Of a stretch of 64,000 nt of DNA, positions 11,700-24,750 are shown piece after piece. This DNA comes from Mobula hypostoma. Lineage: Eukaryota. The first letter of the stretch is position 1. Each line of letters opens with the position of its first letter. The stretch lies in contig NC_086097.1 in assembly GCF_963921235.1 (NCBI RefSeq), positions 23,624,001 through 23,688,000 on the forward strand, in the 5' to 3' direction. The notes below the pieces were generated by a model that saw only the letters and a program-made list of their open reading frames with translations, ran no database searches and was not told the DNA's origin. A program made the position numbers and the translations under genes.

Positions 11700-12010
11700 A
11701 CGGCATGGGAGCATAATGCTTTACAGTGTTATTGATCAGCGATTGTGGTTCAATTCCCACCTCTGCCTTGAAGGAGTTTGTACATTCTCCTCATGACTGC
11801 ATGGGTTTCTTCCGGGTGCTGCGGTTTCCTCCCGCATTCAAACGATATACAGGTTCTTGTTAGTGAGTTGTGGGCTTGCTGCATTGGTGACATTTCCACA
11901 CCGCCTCCAGCACAATCTTCAGACTGAGTTGCTAGTTGACGCAGAACAACACATTGCAATGTGCATTTCGATGTTTCAATGTACATGTGACAAATAAAGC
12001 TAATTTAATC
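11700..12010 (+). mobile_element. V-SINE (HE1-like)
   Basis: GGTTCAATTCC B-box, V-domain GGAGTTTGTACATTCTCC...GGGTTTCTTCCGGGTGCTGCGGTTTCCTCCC, and ACAAATAAAGCTAAT tail. Confidence 0.75.
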
Positions 12011-12587
12011 ATATCACAATGCTGGTTATGACAGGAGTAAATGTAGTTTTCAGGAAGAGAGGCGGCAGAAGTTTTAAGTTATTAATGACACTGAATCCTA
12101 GTCATACATCTTCAAAGTCAAGGAGTAGTTGCATTCGATTTCTTTGCAAATTGCAGCGTTTTCATGAGGGCAGCTTCCTTTTTAATGAAATACTGCAAAT
12201 AGAAATCAGACAGGTCCAATGGAGAGGGAAATGAAATCATTGTGGTCAGCAAGAGCATCAGTTCAGTTTATGGTTGTGTCTTCTGAAGAGATGGAAGGTG
12301 GGTAGAAAGGAATTATGATTCCAGTGATTTATTTGTGAAATTATTTTCACAGCTCTTTGAGTACAGAACTGCTGCAGATCCATTGTGCATATATGCAACT
12401 CCGTACTATTTTGAGTCCCACCCAAATTTAACCATGTTAAAACCATAAGACCTTAATCCTACACGGGTTCTTCCAGCAGGTTGTGTATTTATCCCATTCA
12501 GCCTGTTTTGGAATATAAATAACTCAAATGAGCTGATGTTCTCCAGTGCCTCTCTGGTACTGTTATCAGTACAGAGGAAGTCTTCTC

Positions 12588-12905
12588 CATCATTCCATCA
12601 TGGGTGATTTATTTTCCCTGTCAACCCATTCTCCTGTGTCCTTCCCATAACCTTTGATGCCCTTGCTAATCAGGAGCCTATCAATCTTTGTTTTCAATAT
12701 ATCCAATGACTTGACCTTCACAGCCGTCTATGGCAATGAATTCCACAGATTCGCCACCCTCTGGCTAAAGAAATTCCTTCTCATCTCTGTTCTAAAAGGA
12801 TATCTGATCCTAAACACTCTCACTATTGAAGAGATCCTCTCCACCTCCATTCCATCCTGGCCTTTCAATATTTGGTAGGTTTCATTGACATCCACTCTCA
12901 TTCTG
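12588..12905 (-). mobile_element. CR1 LINE 3' fragment
   Basis: ETYQILKG...FRTEMRRNFFSQRVANLWNSLP (ORF 12728..12913). Confidence 0.8.
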
Positions 12906-13209
12906 AGGGACAAATAATGAGATCGTGCATTGATAGCATTGTCTCATTCCTGTGAATAAATATAGGCACCAAAAAGGGTAGCAGAGCAGTGATTTGTAGT
13001 ACAGAAAGGCACCAGTGATCATGATTTCAGAAAGGGTAATTGAGGGAACGCAAACTGATCCTCATAGAGAGATCAGAAGTGGAGAAAGTGGGAATTTCAA
13101 ATTCCTGCATGTCAATATCTCTGAGTATCCAACCTTGTCCCAACATATCGATGCAGCAATGAAGTGACTATATTGCATTAGGTGATTGAGGAGCAACACA
13201 GATTTTCTC

Positions 13210-14055
13210 TTCAAGCAACACACATGAAAGTTGCTGGTGAACGCAACAGACCAGGCAGCATCTCTAGGAAGAGGTGCAGTCGACATTTCAGGCCGAGACC
13301 CTTCGTCAGGACTGACTGAAGAAAGAGTGAGTAAGGGATTTGAAAGTTGGAGGGGGAGGGGGAGATCCAAAATGATAGGAGAAGACAGGACGGGGAGGGA
13401 TGGAGCCAAGAGCTGGACAGGTGATAGGCAAAAGGGATACAAGAGGATCATGGGACAGGGGGTCCGGGAAGAAAGACAAGCGGGGGGGACCCAGAGGATG
13501 GGCAAGGGGTATATTCAGAGGGACAGAGGGAGAAAAAGGAGAGTGAGAGAAAGAATGTGTGCATAAAAATAAGTAACAGATGGGGTACGAGGGGGAGGTG
13601 GGGCATTAGCGGAAGTTAGAGAAGTCGATGTTCATGCCATCAGGTTGGAGGCTACCCAGACGGAATATAAGATGTTGTTCCTCCAACCTGTGACGTGACA
13701 AGTGGAAGAGTTAACTGGCTGAAGCAAAAGGAATCTGACAGGAGAGGAGAGTGAACCATAGGTGATAAAGAAGGAGATGAACCAGAGGGAGATAACAGGC
13801 AGATGAAGAGAAAAGAATGGTTGGGGGGGGAGCAGAATGGGGAATGGGAAAAGAGAGAAGTGGGTTTGGAGATAATTCACTGGAAGTTGGAAAAATCGAT
13901 GTTCATAACATCAGGTTGGAGGCTACTCGAATGGAATATGAGGTGTTGCTCTCCAGCCAGAGTATGACTTATTCGAGGCAGTAGACAAGGCCAATAACAA
14001 ACATGTCAGAATGGGAATGGGAAGTGGAAATGATACGGGTGGCCACCGGGAGATC
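13210..14055 (-). mobile_element. Two adjacent Penelope-like 3' fragments (13210-13690 is better preserved)
   Basis: Purine-rich UTR, repeated TCGATGTTCAT...CAGGTTGGAGGCTAC endonuclease-end sequence, and a hammerhead at 13277-13314. Confidence 0.75.
13277..13314 (-). ncRNA. Minimal type I hammerhead ribozyme motif (Penelope-associated)
   Basis: Minus strand reads CAGUC-CUGACGA-AGGGUCUCGGCCU-GAAA-UG-UC-GACUG: 5-bp stem I, intact CUGANGA and GAAA cores, short stem II, vestigial stem III and a GUC cleavage triplet. Confidence 0.8.
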
Positions 14056-14971
14056 ACTTTGCTGCACTACCTCTCAGGCAAGCTTATTCTCCTGTAAAAA
14101 CGGAGATGAAAATTGGGGCAGTGCCTCCAGGAGTGAGACTGCACTTGGAGTACTCTTTATAGTTTTGCTCTGTTTTTTTAAAAGAAGTAAGTATGTACCT
14201 TGGAGGGTGGGGAGGAGGAATGTTTGCATCTTAAACGTGGCTGGCATCATGAAGAGCAATTGTCTGAGAGACTTGACTGAGACTGACAGTGCAGGGGAAC
14301 TGAATTAACATTCAGTGACCGACAGCTGCAACTGTGCAGGGTAATTTGGTACTGCCACACTACATTAACTCCTCCAGCATTGTTAACTGGATCTGTTATT
14401 TGTAACTCAGAGCTTAAATGAAAGTTTTTCACCACATCAGAACCTGGGAAAAATGGTGAAGAATGCTTTCTAAAAAGCATGAACTGCCACATTGCATATC
14501 TTTTTGTGAATTTTATCTGAAGGCGGATCAGGAAATTGGTTCTGGATCCACGTAGAGGCCGCTGGAGATGTGCAGCAGCAGTATCTGTTTGAAATACCTT
14601 GTGCAACATTTTCTGTACATTTAAGGTCCATGTAAAGGCACTGAAGCAATCCATTACTAAGGAGTTGATATCTGTTCCAGTGTTAGTAAAAGAGAAGCCC
14701 AACCCAATTCTGTCTTCCACTGGAAAGTCCAAGGCAACCTTTCTTCGAGTTTTATCCTTATGTCTGTCATATGATATATAACCCCCTCCCAACATTCTTC
14801 ATTGTCCCCACTGTGTCCTCATGACTTGTCCTACCCACTACTTGACCTGCTGAGCTCCTCCAGGGCTTTAAAAATGCTGGAGAAACTCAGCAGGTCAGGC
14901 AAGATCCACCGGGAGGAATAATGAGTCACATTTCCAGGCTGAGGCCCTCCATCAGGTCTGGAGGGGATTGG

Positions 14972-16985
14972 GATCAGAATCAGGCTTAATATCACTGGCA
15001 TATGTCGTGAAATTTTTGACTTTGCGGTAACAGTACAATGCAATACATAGTAATAGAGGGAAAAAACTGTGAATTACAGAAAGTACATATATATTAAATA
15101 GCTAAATTAAATAAAGAGTGTAAAAACCAGAAGGAAAAAAGCAGTGAAGTAGTGTTCATGGGTTTAATGTTCATTCAGAAATCACATGGCAGAGGAGAAG
15201 AAGCTGTTTCTGACTTATTGAGTGTGTGCCTTCCCACTTCTGCACCTCCTTCCTGATGGTAACAATGAGAACAAGGCATAACCTGGGGGATGGGGGCACT
15301 TAATGATGGATGCCACCTTTTTGAGGCATCACTCATTGAAGATGTCTTGGATACTATGGAGGCTAATGCTCATGTTGGAGCTGACTAAGTTTACAGCTCT
15401 CTGCAGCTTACTTTGATCCTGTGCAGTAACTCGCCCCCCCCCCCACACCCTTTTGGAATACTCTCCATGGTCTATCTTTAGAAATTTTTGAGTGCTTTTG
15501 CTGATGTACCAAAACTCCGCAAACTCCTGATGTAATAGAGCTTGCTGCCCCGCCATTTTTGTAGCCGCATTGATATGTTGGGTCCAAGTTAAGTCCTCTG
15601 AGATATTGACACTCAGGAACTAGGAATTGCTCACTCTTTCCACTTCTGATATTTCCATGAGGACTGGTGTGTTCCCTCGTCTTACCCTTTCTGAAGTCCA
15701 CAATCAGCTCTTTGGTCTTACTGACGTTGGGTGCAATGTTGTTGCTGCAGCACCACTCAGTTAGCTGCAACATCTCACTCCTGTACATCCACTCGTCACC
15801 ATCTGAAATTCTTCCAACAATCGTTGTATCATCGGTAAATTTATAGGTGGCATTTGAGCTGTGCCTAGCCACACAGTCATGGGTGTAGAGAGAGTAGAGC
15901 AGTGGGCTAAGCACACACCCCTGAGGTGCAGCAGTGCTGATCATCAGTGAAGTGGACATGTTGTTTCTGATTCACACAGATTGTGGTCTACCCGTTCGGA
16001 AGTCAAGGATCCAGTTGCACAGGGTGGTACAGAGGCCCAGGTTCTGGAGCTTTTCAATCAGAACTGCGGAATGATTGTGTTAAGTGCTGAGATGTAGTCA
16101 ATAAACAGCATCCTGACATGGATATTTGCATTGTCCAGATGATCCATGGCCACGTGAAGAGCCAGTGATATCAAATACACTGTAGACCTATTGTGGTGAT
16201 AGGCAAATAGCAGTGGATCCAGGTCGTTCCTAAGAAAGAAGTTAATTCTGCCCATAATCAATGTCTCAAAGCACTTCATCTCTATAGATGTATGCTCTAC
16301 TGGACAACCGTCGTTAAGGCAGCTCACCCTGCTCTTGGGTACTGGTATAATTGTTGCCTTTTTGAAGCAGGTGGGAACTTCCAACTGTAGCAATGAGAGT
16401 TTGAAAATGTCTTTGCAGGTTTTCAGAGGGCTGACCCTCTTGAAAGACAGCCTGATATTGGCCTCTGAGACAGAGAACACAGGGTCGCTGGGTGCTACAA
16501 GGAACTGCCTAGCTGTAGTTTTATTCAAAGCGAGTATAAAAGGTGTTGAGCTCATCTGTGAGTGAAGCATCACTGCCATTCATGGTATTAGGTTTGACTT
16601 TGTAGGAAATAATGGCCTGCAAACCTGCCAAAGTTGACGTGTGTCTGATTTCGCCTCCAACCTCATTCGGAATTGTTCCTTAGCTCTTGAAATAGCCCTC
16701 CGCAAATCATACTTGTACACACTTCTTGTACACACTTGGTTCACCAGACTTAAATGCCTCAAATCTAGCCTTCGACAGACTATGAACCTCCTGGTTTAAC
16801 CATGGCTTTTGATTTTGGTAAGTACAGTAAGTTCTCATAGGCACACACTCATCCACACAGGTTTTAATGAAGTCAGTGACAGCTGTGGTGTACTCATTCA
16901 GACATGAAGATGAATCCTTGAAGGGAGTCCAGTCCACCAATCCAAAGCAGTCCTGGAAGCCTTCCTGCACCTCCTTTGTCCATGT
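14972..16985 (-). mobile_element. Rex1/Babar-type LINE, 5'-truncated, decayed RT with internal deletions
   Basis: NQKPWLN, PTCFKKATIIPVPK, DPLLFAY, VRMLFIDY, APQGCVLSPLLYSLYTHDC, YKFTDDTTIVG, NVSKTKELIVDFRK; GATTCTGAT tail at the low-coordinate end. Confidence 0.88.
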
Positions 16986-17744
16986 AAAGTGAAAAACACT
17001 CTATAGATGCAGGTATTTCTCCAGTTCTCGATCGTGTTTTCCAATAGCAAATCAAATTCCTCTTTAAGAAACTTCAAAGCAGAACACAGATAACAAAAAT
17101 TTTATGAGGAATTGTTCCAAATCGTTTTTCTTCTCCTGTCAAATCCTTTGGATGAGTCTATCTCATTCTGTACTTTATTTCCTATTTTACCTATGTTTCT
17201 GATGTAGAACTCGTAAATTTGAGCTGGGCACATCATAATCTGCACGGTCCCTATTAAACCTTCAGCAGGTGTATGTTTGCCGCCAGTCCAGCAACTAATT
17301 TGCAAGCTGCAACAGTTTGTTTTCTTTACACACATCGGTTTTTGCCTGTCTTGTTGGGCGTGGTTTTTCATTGATTCTATTGTGTTTCTTGTATTTACAG
17401 TGATTGCAAGAAAATGAATCTCAGAGTTGTACGTGCTAACATATACGTACTTTGATATTAAATTTACTTTGAACTTTGAACGGTTCGGTAATTCTTGCTT
17501 TTTAGTTCAAATTCCTACATTTCTTCACTTCTTCTCTGGGAACTTCACTCTGTCTCTTCATCTTCAGTGTTCCATCCACTCCTCCATTTCTGAGCTTTCT
17601 ACATCCCCGGTTTAAGTTGCTCCAAAATTGAAAAACAGTCCTTGGTTTTGGAGCTCCCATTGTGAATCTCAACCTCTAACACTCAAAACATCTTTGTCCA
17701 AATTTTTGGTGACCTATATGTATCCAGTTTAAAGCATCAAAAAC

Positions 17745-18200
17745 CAGAATTAGGCTATTTGACCCATCAAGTCTGCCTTGCCATTCCAAATGGCTGATAT
17801 ATTATTCCTATCAACTCCATTCTCCTGCCTTTTCCCTGTAACCCTTGAGACCCTTACTAATCAAGAACCTATCAACCTTCACTTTAAATATACGCAATGA
17901 CTTGGACTTCATAACCATCTGTGGTAGTGGAGTCCAAAGTTTCACCACCCACTGGCTAAATAAATTTCTCCTCATGGCAGAACAGACTTGATGGGCTGAA
18001 CGGCCTAATTCTGCTGCTTCTATGTCTTATGGTTTTATGGTCTCTTTTCTAAAGAGATGTCTTTGTTTTCTGAGGCGGTGTCCCCTGGTCATAGATTCCT
18101 CCATGATAGGAACCATCCTCTCCATCTCCACTCCACCCAGGCCATTTGATAGGTTTCAAAGAGATCCACCCTCATTTTTCTAAACTCCAGCGAGTACTGG
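17745..18200 (-). mobile_element. CR1 3' fragment with a short + strand CR1 tail nested at ~17975-18042
   Basis: Same 3' sequence as 25400-25800; the nested piece ends TCTTATGGTTTTATGG. Confidence 0.65.
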
Positions 18201-18639
18201 TCCGGGTGCTGTATAAATGCAAGTTATTGTTTGTATTTCTGGCACAAGTGAAGAGACTCTTTGTCCTACATCTCCTCTCTCTTAATATATGGAACTATCC
18301 TATTAAAAAAAAGGCCAACGGGTTCCCATCAAACCATAATATGTTGAGAATTGAACTTCGACTGCTGTCGCTAGATGTATGAAGCTACAGTGCTGCAGTT
18401 TGTATGTCAGTTTTCTGTGCCTTCTACTTGGTGACACTGTGAGCTCGAGAATAAATTGCAGCAGAAGTGAAGCGAATCAGAAAATGCTGCAAAACATTCA
18501 GCAGCTCCAGCAACAGAAGGGAGAGAAACACATTAGGTCCATCATAGTTGGTAGAACTGAGATCTTACAAGAAAAAGCAAGGAATCAAAGGATAGGGTGG
18601 AAAGTGAAGGAGAGGGAGGAGTGGTGATAATTTTATTAG

Positions 18640-19070
18640 AATCTCAGAGTTATAAAGTCCATGCTGAACTATTGTTCTGCCTCATCCCACTGACCTGCAC
18701 CATCGGCCTCCATACCCCTCCCATCAATGCAGCTATCCAAACTATTCTTAATTGTTGAATTCAAACCTACTTCTACCTCTTGTGCTGGCAGATCATTCCA
18801 CCCTCTCACCATCCTCTGAGTGATGAAGTTCCCCCTCAGGCCCCGCTTTAAACATTTCACCTTTCACTGTAAGCCCGTGTCCTCTCATTCTAGTCTCACC
18901 CAACCTCAGTGGAAAAAGCATGCTCGTATTTATCCTATCCATATCCCTCATAATTTTGTATACTTCTGTCATATCTCCTTTCATTTTCCTACACTCCAGG
19001 AAAGAAAAGTCCTAACCTATTCAAGCTTTTCTTGTAATTCATGCCCTCAAGTTTCAGCAACATCCTTAGA
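18640..19070 (-). mobile_element. CR1 LINE 3' fragment
   Basis: MKGDMTEVYKIMRDMDR...LFPLRLGETRMRGHGL; NFITQRMVRGWNDLP. Confidence 0.8.
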
Positions 19071-21193
19071 AATGTGGGAGAAAATTGGGTGATGGGGTGG
19101 GAGGAAGATGTGGACAAAGGGTTAAGCTTGTGATTGAGAGAAAAAAATGGACTTCACCATGCTTTCGACACATCACCAGCACTTTATCCTGATCTTAAAT
19201 ATCCCATGTGATCATTGTGCCAATTTGAATCAATGCTTCTGGAAAATGATGTAGAAAGTAAGGTATGCTGCTGACTCACAGTGTCTCAGACCCAATTTTG
19301 ATTTCTCGTCACTGTGGGGATATCTTTCTCCCTATAACAGCATGGATCCCTCTTCCCTCATCTGATCTTACCTGTCACCTGCCAGCTTGTGTCCTTCCCC
19401 TCCCTTGCCTTCTTATTTTAGCTTCTAGCCCCTTCTTTTGCAGACTTGATGAAGTGTCACAGCCTGAAACTTCAAATGTTTACATACTGTCTGTTCTGTT
19501 GAGTTCCTCCGGCAATTTGCATGTGTTGCTCTGGATTTCCAACATTTTCTCTTGTGTTCCTGAAAACCCACCCTCAAGGTTTTAGGGACAGCTTCTTCCC
19601 CTCAGAATGGTCAATGAACCCTTGAACTTTTGATATTGTAAATTATGGTATATTTTATGTATTGCACTGTACTGTTGCCACAAAACAACATATTTCAGGA
19701 CTAACTTCAGTGATAGTAAGCCAGACTCTGATTTCTCCCCTGCTCTGATGTCTTCACACATCTCAAATTTCTGGTTGCTAGATTAAGTATCCAGCGTAAA
19801 TTACCTCTTGTGTAGGTAGCTGGTAGGATATTTGAGGGGTGATAATGGTTATCTGAGTGAATGAGTTACTGGGAAAGTTGGGAAAATGAGGTTCGGTAAG
19901 TAAACTTCAGGAAAAACATAGCATCTGTGCAAGGAAAGAGCTGGTTAATGTTTCAGATTGAGGCTTGTATCAGGACTCAGAATTGAAAAACTGGGATTCT
20001 GCAGTATACTTCCCTCAATGCACTGACAATGTGGAATAATCTATATCAATGGCATGTAAACAAAGTTCTTCACTGTCCCTTGGTACATGTGACAATTACA
20101 AAAATATAATTTAGCAATTTAATTTCTCTAGCATAGATTCAATGAAATGGATGACCTCCTTATATGTCATAAGGATACTGTGTTCCTTCTGTACTTTGTA
20201 TGTGTTCTTCTGGGTTTCCAGTATCTGCAAAATCTCTAGTGTTTATGAAGAAATTAATATTTAAAGGAAACCATTAAAAATAAACACAACAAGTTTGTTA
20301 ACAAAACTTTTGCCTTATTTATTTTGTGTGCTAATTGAGTAAAAAATCAGACAAGCCATTTTTCTGATCATCTGCTAAGTAAATTCCACTGGAACAGGCA
20401 CGAGCATTGGTAATCGACAGGTCCTTAAGAAACTGTACTTGCAAAATATCTTGCATCTAACATAATCAATGCAATCAAATAGAAATGGATATCTTTGCAG
20501 TTTTAGATGGGTCAGTTTTAGATGGTTGAATAAAAGAACAAAGTTATAAATGTACCCAATAGCCAAATCCAAAAATGAATGGTGATAAAATTTGAGAGAT
20601 GCATATTTAGATATATATGTAAAATATTTCAGATTGAAAGGCCTGTTTGAAAAAAAGGCGAGTTTACTTGAAGGCATTGAAATAAAGAACTTGGATTTCT
20701 GTATTTTTTTTTGTTAGAGCATCCAAAAGAACTTAACAATCCATGAAGTACTTTAAAAGTGCAGTCACTGTTGTAGGAAATATAGCGGCCAATTTTTTTG
20801 TACAGAGTGTTCCCGCAAATTGCAATGAGGTGATGACTGGATAATCTGTGAAGCGTTTCCAACTGAAGGACAGATGGAGATATCCACAAGTCCTCCTCCA
20901 ATTACTTTCATGGAATCTATTGGAAAAGGCAGAAGAAATCTTGATCTACTTCATTTGATAGGTCTCCAACAATGCAACGCTCCCTCCTTACAAAGGTCTC
21001 TCAGGATAATCAGACTAGAGATTTTGCTCAGTGGCCTGAAATCACCACTTCTGCTTCTCCAATAAGTGACTGTGGATTACTCGCCATTACCAGTGTTTTG
21101 AGGAGATTAATGGGGTCTTTTTTGGGGGGGAGGGGAGATGTGGCAGAATGTATTTATCTTCTTGCTGTTTACCTTTGGCTTCCTTGTTTTAAG

Positions 21194-21835
21194 GATTAGA
21201 TTATGAGGACACACAGTCCTCTTTTATTGTCATTTAATAATGCATGCATTAAGAAATGATACAATGTTTCTCCAGAATGATATCACAGAAACACATGACA
21301 AACCGACTGAAAAACTGACAAAAACCACATAATTATAACATATAGTTACAACAGTGCAAAGCAATACCGTAATTTGTTAAAGAACAGACCATGGGCACGG
21401 TAAAAAGTCTCAAAGTCTCTCAAAAGTCCCATCATCTCATGCAGACGGTAAACCTCCAGCACCGCAAACTTGCTGATGCAGCATCCTGGAAGCATCCAAA
21501 CACAGTCCGACTCTGAGTTCGTCTGAAAACTCCAAGCCTCCGACCAGCTCTCCGACACCGAGCACCGAGCACCATCACTGACAAGCCCTTTGACCCCGGC
21601 CCCAGCAACAGGCAATAGGCAAAGCCGAGGATTTGGGGCCTTCCCCTCCAGAGATTCTCGATTGCACAATAGCAGCGGCAGCAAAGCAGGCATTTCAGAA
21701 GTTTCTCCAGGTGTTCCTCTGTGCTTCTCACGGCTGTCTCCATTAAAACAGGATGGTGCATGGCCCCTAGTTAACACATACGATATCATTCGGAACGGCT
21801 ACGTGTGCTGTGTTGCGCCGCCATCTTCTCCTCCC
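21194..21835 (-). mobile_element. Non-coding, internally deleted LINE-derived element
   Basis: Minus strand starts GGGAGGAGAAGATGGCGGCG (YY1-like LINE 5' motif) and ends with AATAAA and an (AATCT)n tail; CpG-richer than its flanks; no RT. Confidence 0.6.
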
Positions 21836-21989
21836 TCCTGTCCTTGCTGGAGGGAGGAGGATGTTTGGTTTTCCAGATGTTCCTCTGCAATGGAAGCATC
21901 AAAGATTGAGCAGTTCCCTAACTCCACTCCAATGAGAAGTTGTTGCAGAGAAGCTGCAAAACTGCAGCAAGAGAAATTTTAAAAGTCAT

Positions 21990-23750
21990 CGGCAACTTCT
22001 TCAGAAAGGACAGGGAGGGAGGCAAAAGAGGTGGGGGCATGGCACTGTTGATCAGAGATAGTGTCATGGCTGCAGAAAAGGTGGACATCATGGATGGATT
22101 GTCTACGGCGTCTCTCTGGGTGGAGGTTAGGAATAGGAAGGGGTCAATAACTCTACTGGGTGTTTTTTATAGGCTGCCCAATAGTAACAGGGATATCAAG
22201 GAGCAGATAGGGAAACAGATTCCGGAAAGGTATAATAATAACAGAGTTGTTGTAGTGGGTTGTTTTGATTTCCCAAATATCGATTTTCATCTCCCTAGAG
22301 GGAGGGGTTTGGATGGGATGGAGTTTGTCAGGTGTGTTCAGGAAGGTTTCTTGACACAATATGCAGATGAGCCTACAAGAGGAGAGGCTGCACTTAATCT
22401 GGTATTGGGAAATGAACCTGGTCAGGTGTCAGATCTCTCAGTGGGAGAGCATTTTGGAGATGGTGATCATAATTCTATCTCCTTTACAATAGCATTGGAG
22501 AGAGATAGGAAGAGACAAGTTAGAAAAGTGTTTAATTGGAGTAAGGGGAATTATGAGGCTATCAGGCAGGAAATTGGAAACTTAAACTGGAAGCTGATGT
22601 TCTCCAGGAAAAGTACGGAAGAAATATGGCAAATGTTCAGGGGATATTTGTGTGGAGTTCTGCATAGGTACTTTCCAACGGGACAGGGACATTATGGTAG
22701 GGTACACGAACCATGGTGCACAAAGACTAGTCAAGAAGAAAAGAAAAGCTTACAAAAGGTTCAGAGAGCTAGGTAATGTTAGAGATCTGGAAGATTATAA
22801 GGCTAACAGGAAGGAGCTTAAAAAGGAAATTAGGAGAGCCGGAAGGGGCCATGAGAAGGCCTTGGCAGGCAGGATTAAGGAAAACCCCAAGGCATTCTAC
22901 AAGTATGTGAAAAGCAAGAGGAGAAGACGTGAAAGAATAGGACCTATCAAGTGTGACAGTGGGAAAATGTGTATGGAACCCGAGGAAATAGAATAGGTAC
23001 TTAATGAATACTTTACTTCAGTATTCACTATGGAAAAGGATGTTGGTGATTGTAGTGTTGACTTGCAGCAGACTGAAAAGCTTGAGCATGTGGATATTAA
23101 GAAAGAGGATGTGCTGGAGCTTTTGGAAAGCATCAAGTTGGATAAGTCACCGGGACCGGATGAGATGTACCCCAGGCTACTGTGGGAGGCGAGGGAGGAG
23201 ATTGCTGAGCCTCTGGCGATGATCTTTGCATCATCAATGGGGATAGGAGAGGTTCCGGAGGATTAGAGGGTTACGGATGTTGTTCCTTTATTCAAGAAAG
23301 GGAGTAGAGATAACCCAGGAAATTATAGACCATTGAATCTTACTTCAGTGGTTGGTAAGTTGATGGAGAAGATCCTGAGAAACAGGATTCATGAACATTT
23401 GGAGAGTATAATATGATTAGGGATAGTCAGCATGGCTTTGTCTAGGGCAGATCGTGTCTTATGAGCCTGATTGAATTTTTTGAGGATATGATTAAACACA
23501 TTGATGAAGGAAGAGCAGTAGATGTAGTGTATATGGATTTCAGCAAGGCATTTGATAAGGTACCCCTTGCAAGGCATATTGAGAAAGTAAGGAAGCATGG
23601 GATCCAAGGGGACATTGTTTTGTGGATCCAGAACTGGCTTGCCCACAGAAGGCAAAGAGTGGTTGTAGGCGGGTCATATTCTGCATGGAGTGGTGTGCCT
23701 CAGGGATCTGTTCTGGGACATTTACCCATCATGATTTTTATAAATGACCT
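21990..23750 (+). mobile_element. CR1 LINE ORF2 fragment (APE endonuclease and N-terminal RT), decayed, 3' end missing
   Basis: FRKDREGGKRGGGMALLI, GVFYRLPN, PTRGEAALNLVL, GDGDHNSI, KSPGPDEMYPRLL, VDVVYMDFSKAFDKVP, SGVPQGSVLG; stops after FINDL. Confidence 0.9.
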
Positions 23751-24212
23751 TGAGATGGACAGAACCTGCACTGCAAATCCAGCGGGATCTGCTCAGCCAC
23801 AGTGAGCAAATGGACCCTATTTCCTACTTTGTCCGGGACAAGTGGCACGAAGACCGAACTAGACATTGACGTACTGGTCTGTAAAGAGCTCTGGTTAAAC
23901 CTCATTTAGGATTTTGGCCACTCTATTACAGCGAGAATATCCGGGCCACAGATAAAGTCCAAGCACAGTTGATTCATGTGGATAAGATCAGTGGTAGGAG
24001 GCTGAAAAGGGAGTCGGTAAAATGATGACCCAGTGAAATTCAGAAACTGGCGGGTTTATTGATGAAGGATTCTTTATACCGGTCTGCAAATGGGCATCAA
24101 CTGGTAACATTAAAGGTTTGAAGGAAGAGACTAGAAGAATTCTATTCCCAAGTTTATAAAGTGCAGAAATCGTTGTTTGTTGCTGACCACTGTGAGCACT
24201 TAGAGAATTGTG

Positions 24213-24750
24213 AACAGTTTTGAGCCCCTCATCTGAAGAAAGCATGTGCTGGCATCGGAGAGGGTCCAGAGGAGGTAAACAAGCATGATCCAGGGAATGA
24301 GCCTGTTACCATGTGAGGAATGTTTGATGACTTTGGACCTGTACTCGCTGGAGTTTAGAAGAATGAGGGGAGATCCCGTTGAAACCTTCTGAATACTGAA
24401 AAGCCTAGACAGAGGATGTTTCCTATTGTGGGAGAGGCTTGGTTCAGAGGGTACAGCCTCCGAATGCAAGGACGTCCCTTTATAACAGAGATGAGGAGTA
24501 ACTTATTTAGCCAGAAGGTGGTGAATATGTGTAATTCATTGCTACTGACTGCCACGGAGGCCAAATCATTGGACATACTTAAAGCAGAAGTTGTTAGATT
24601 CTGGATTAGTAAGGGCCTGAAAGATTATAGGAGAAGATGGAAGAGTTGGGTTGAGAGGGATGATAAATCAGCCATATTGGAATCATGGAGCACAGTCAAT
24701 GGGCTGAATGGCCTAATTCTGCTCCTATGTCATGTAGCCTTATGGTCTTC
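24213..24750 (+). mobile_element. CR1 LINE 3' fragment
   Basis: EMRSNLFSQKVVNMCNSL followed by the CR1 3' UTR (AATGGCCTAATTCTGCTCCTAT). Confidence 0.8.

Noticed and set aside
13062..13566. Overlapping 147-aa and 111-aa ORFs
   Set aside because: Low-complexity purine/pyrimidine-biased Penelope UTR produces Pro/Leu/Ser- or Gly/Arg-rich chance frames.
21346..21982. Three overlapping ORFs of 109-147 aa
   Set aside because: They fall in a GC-richer non-coding retroposon and show no protein motif.
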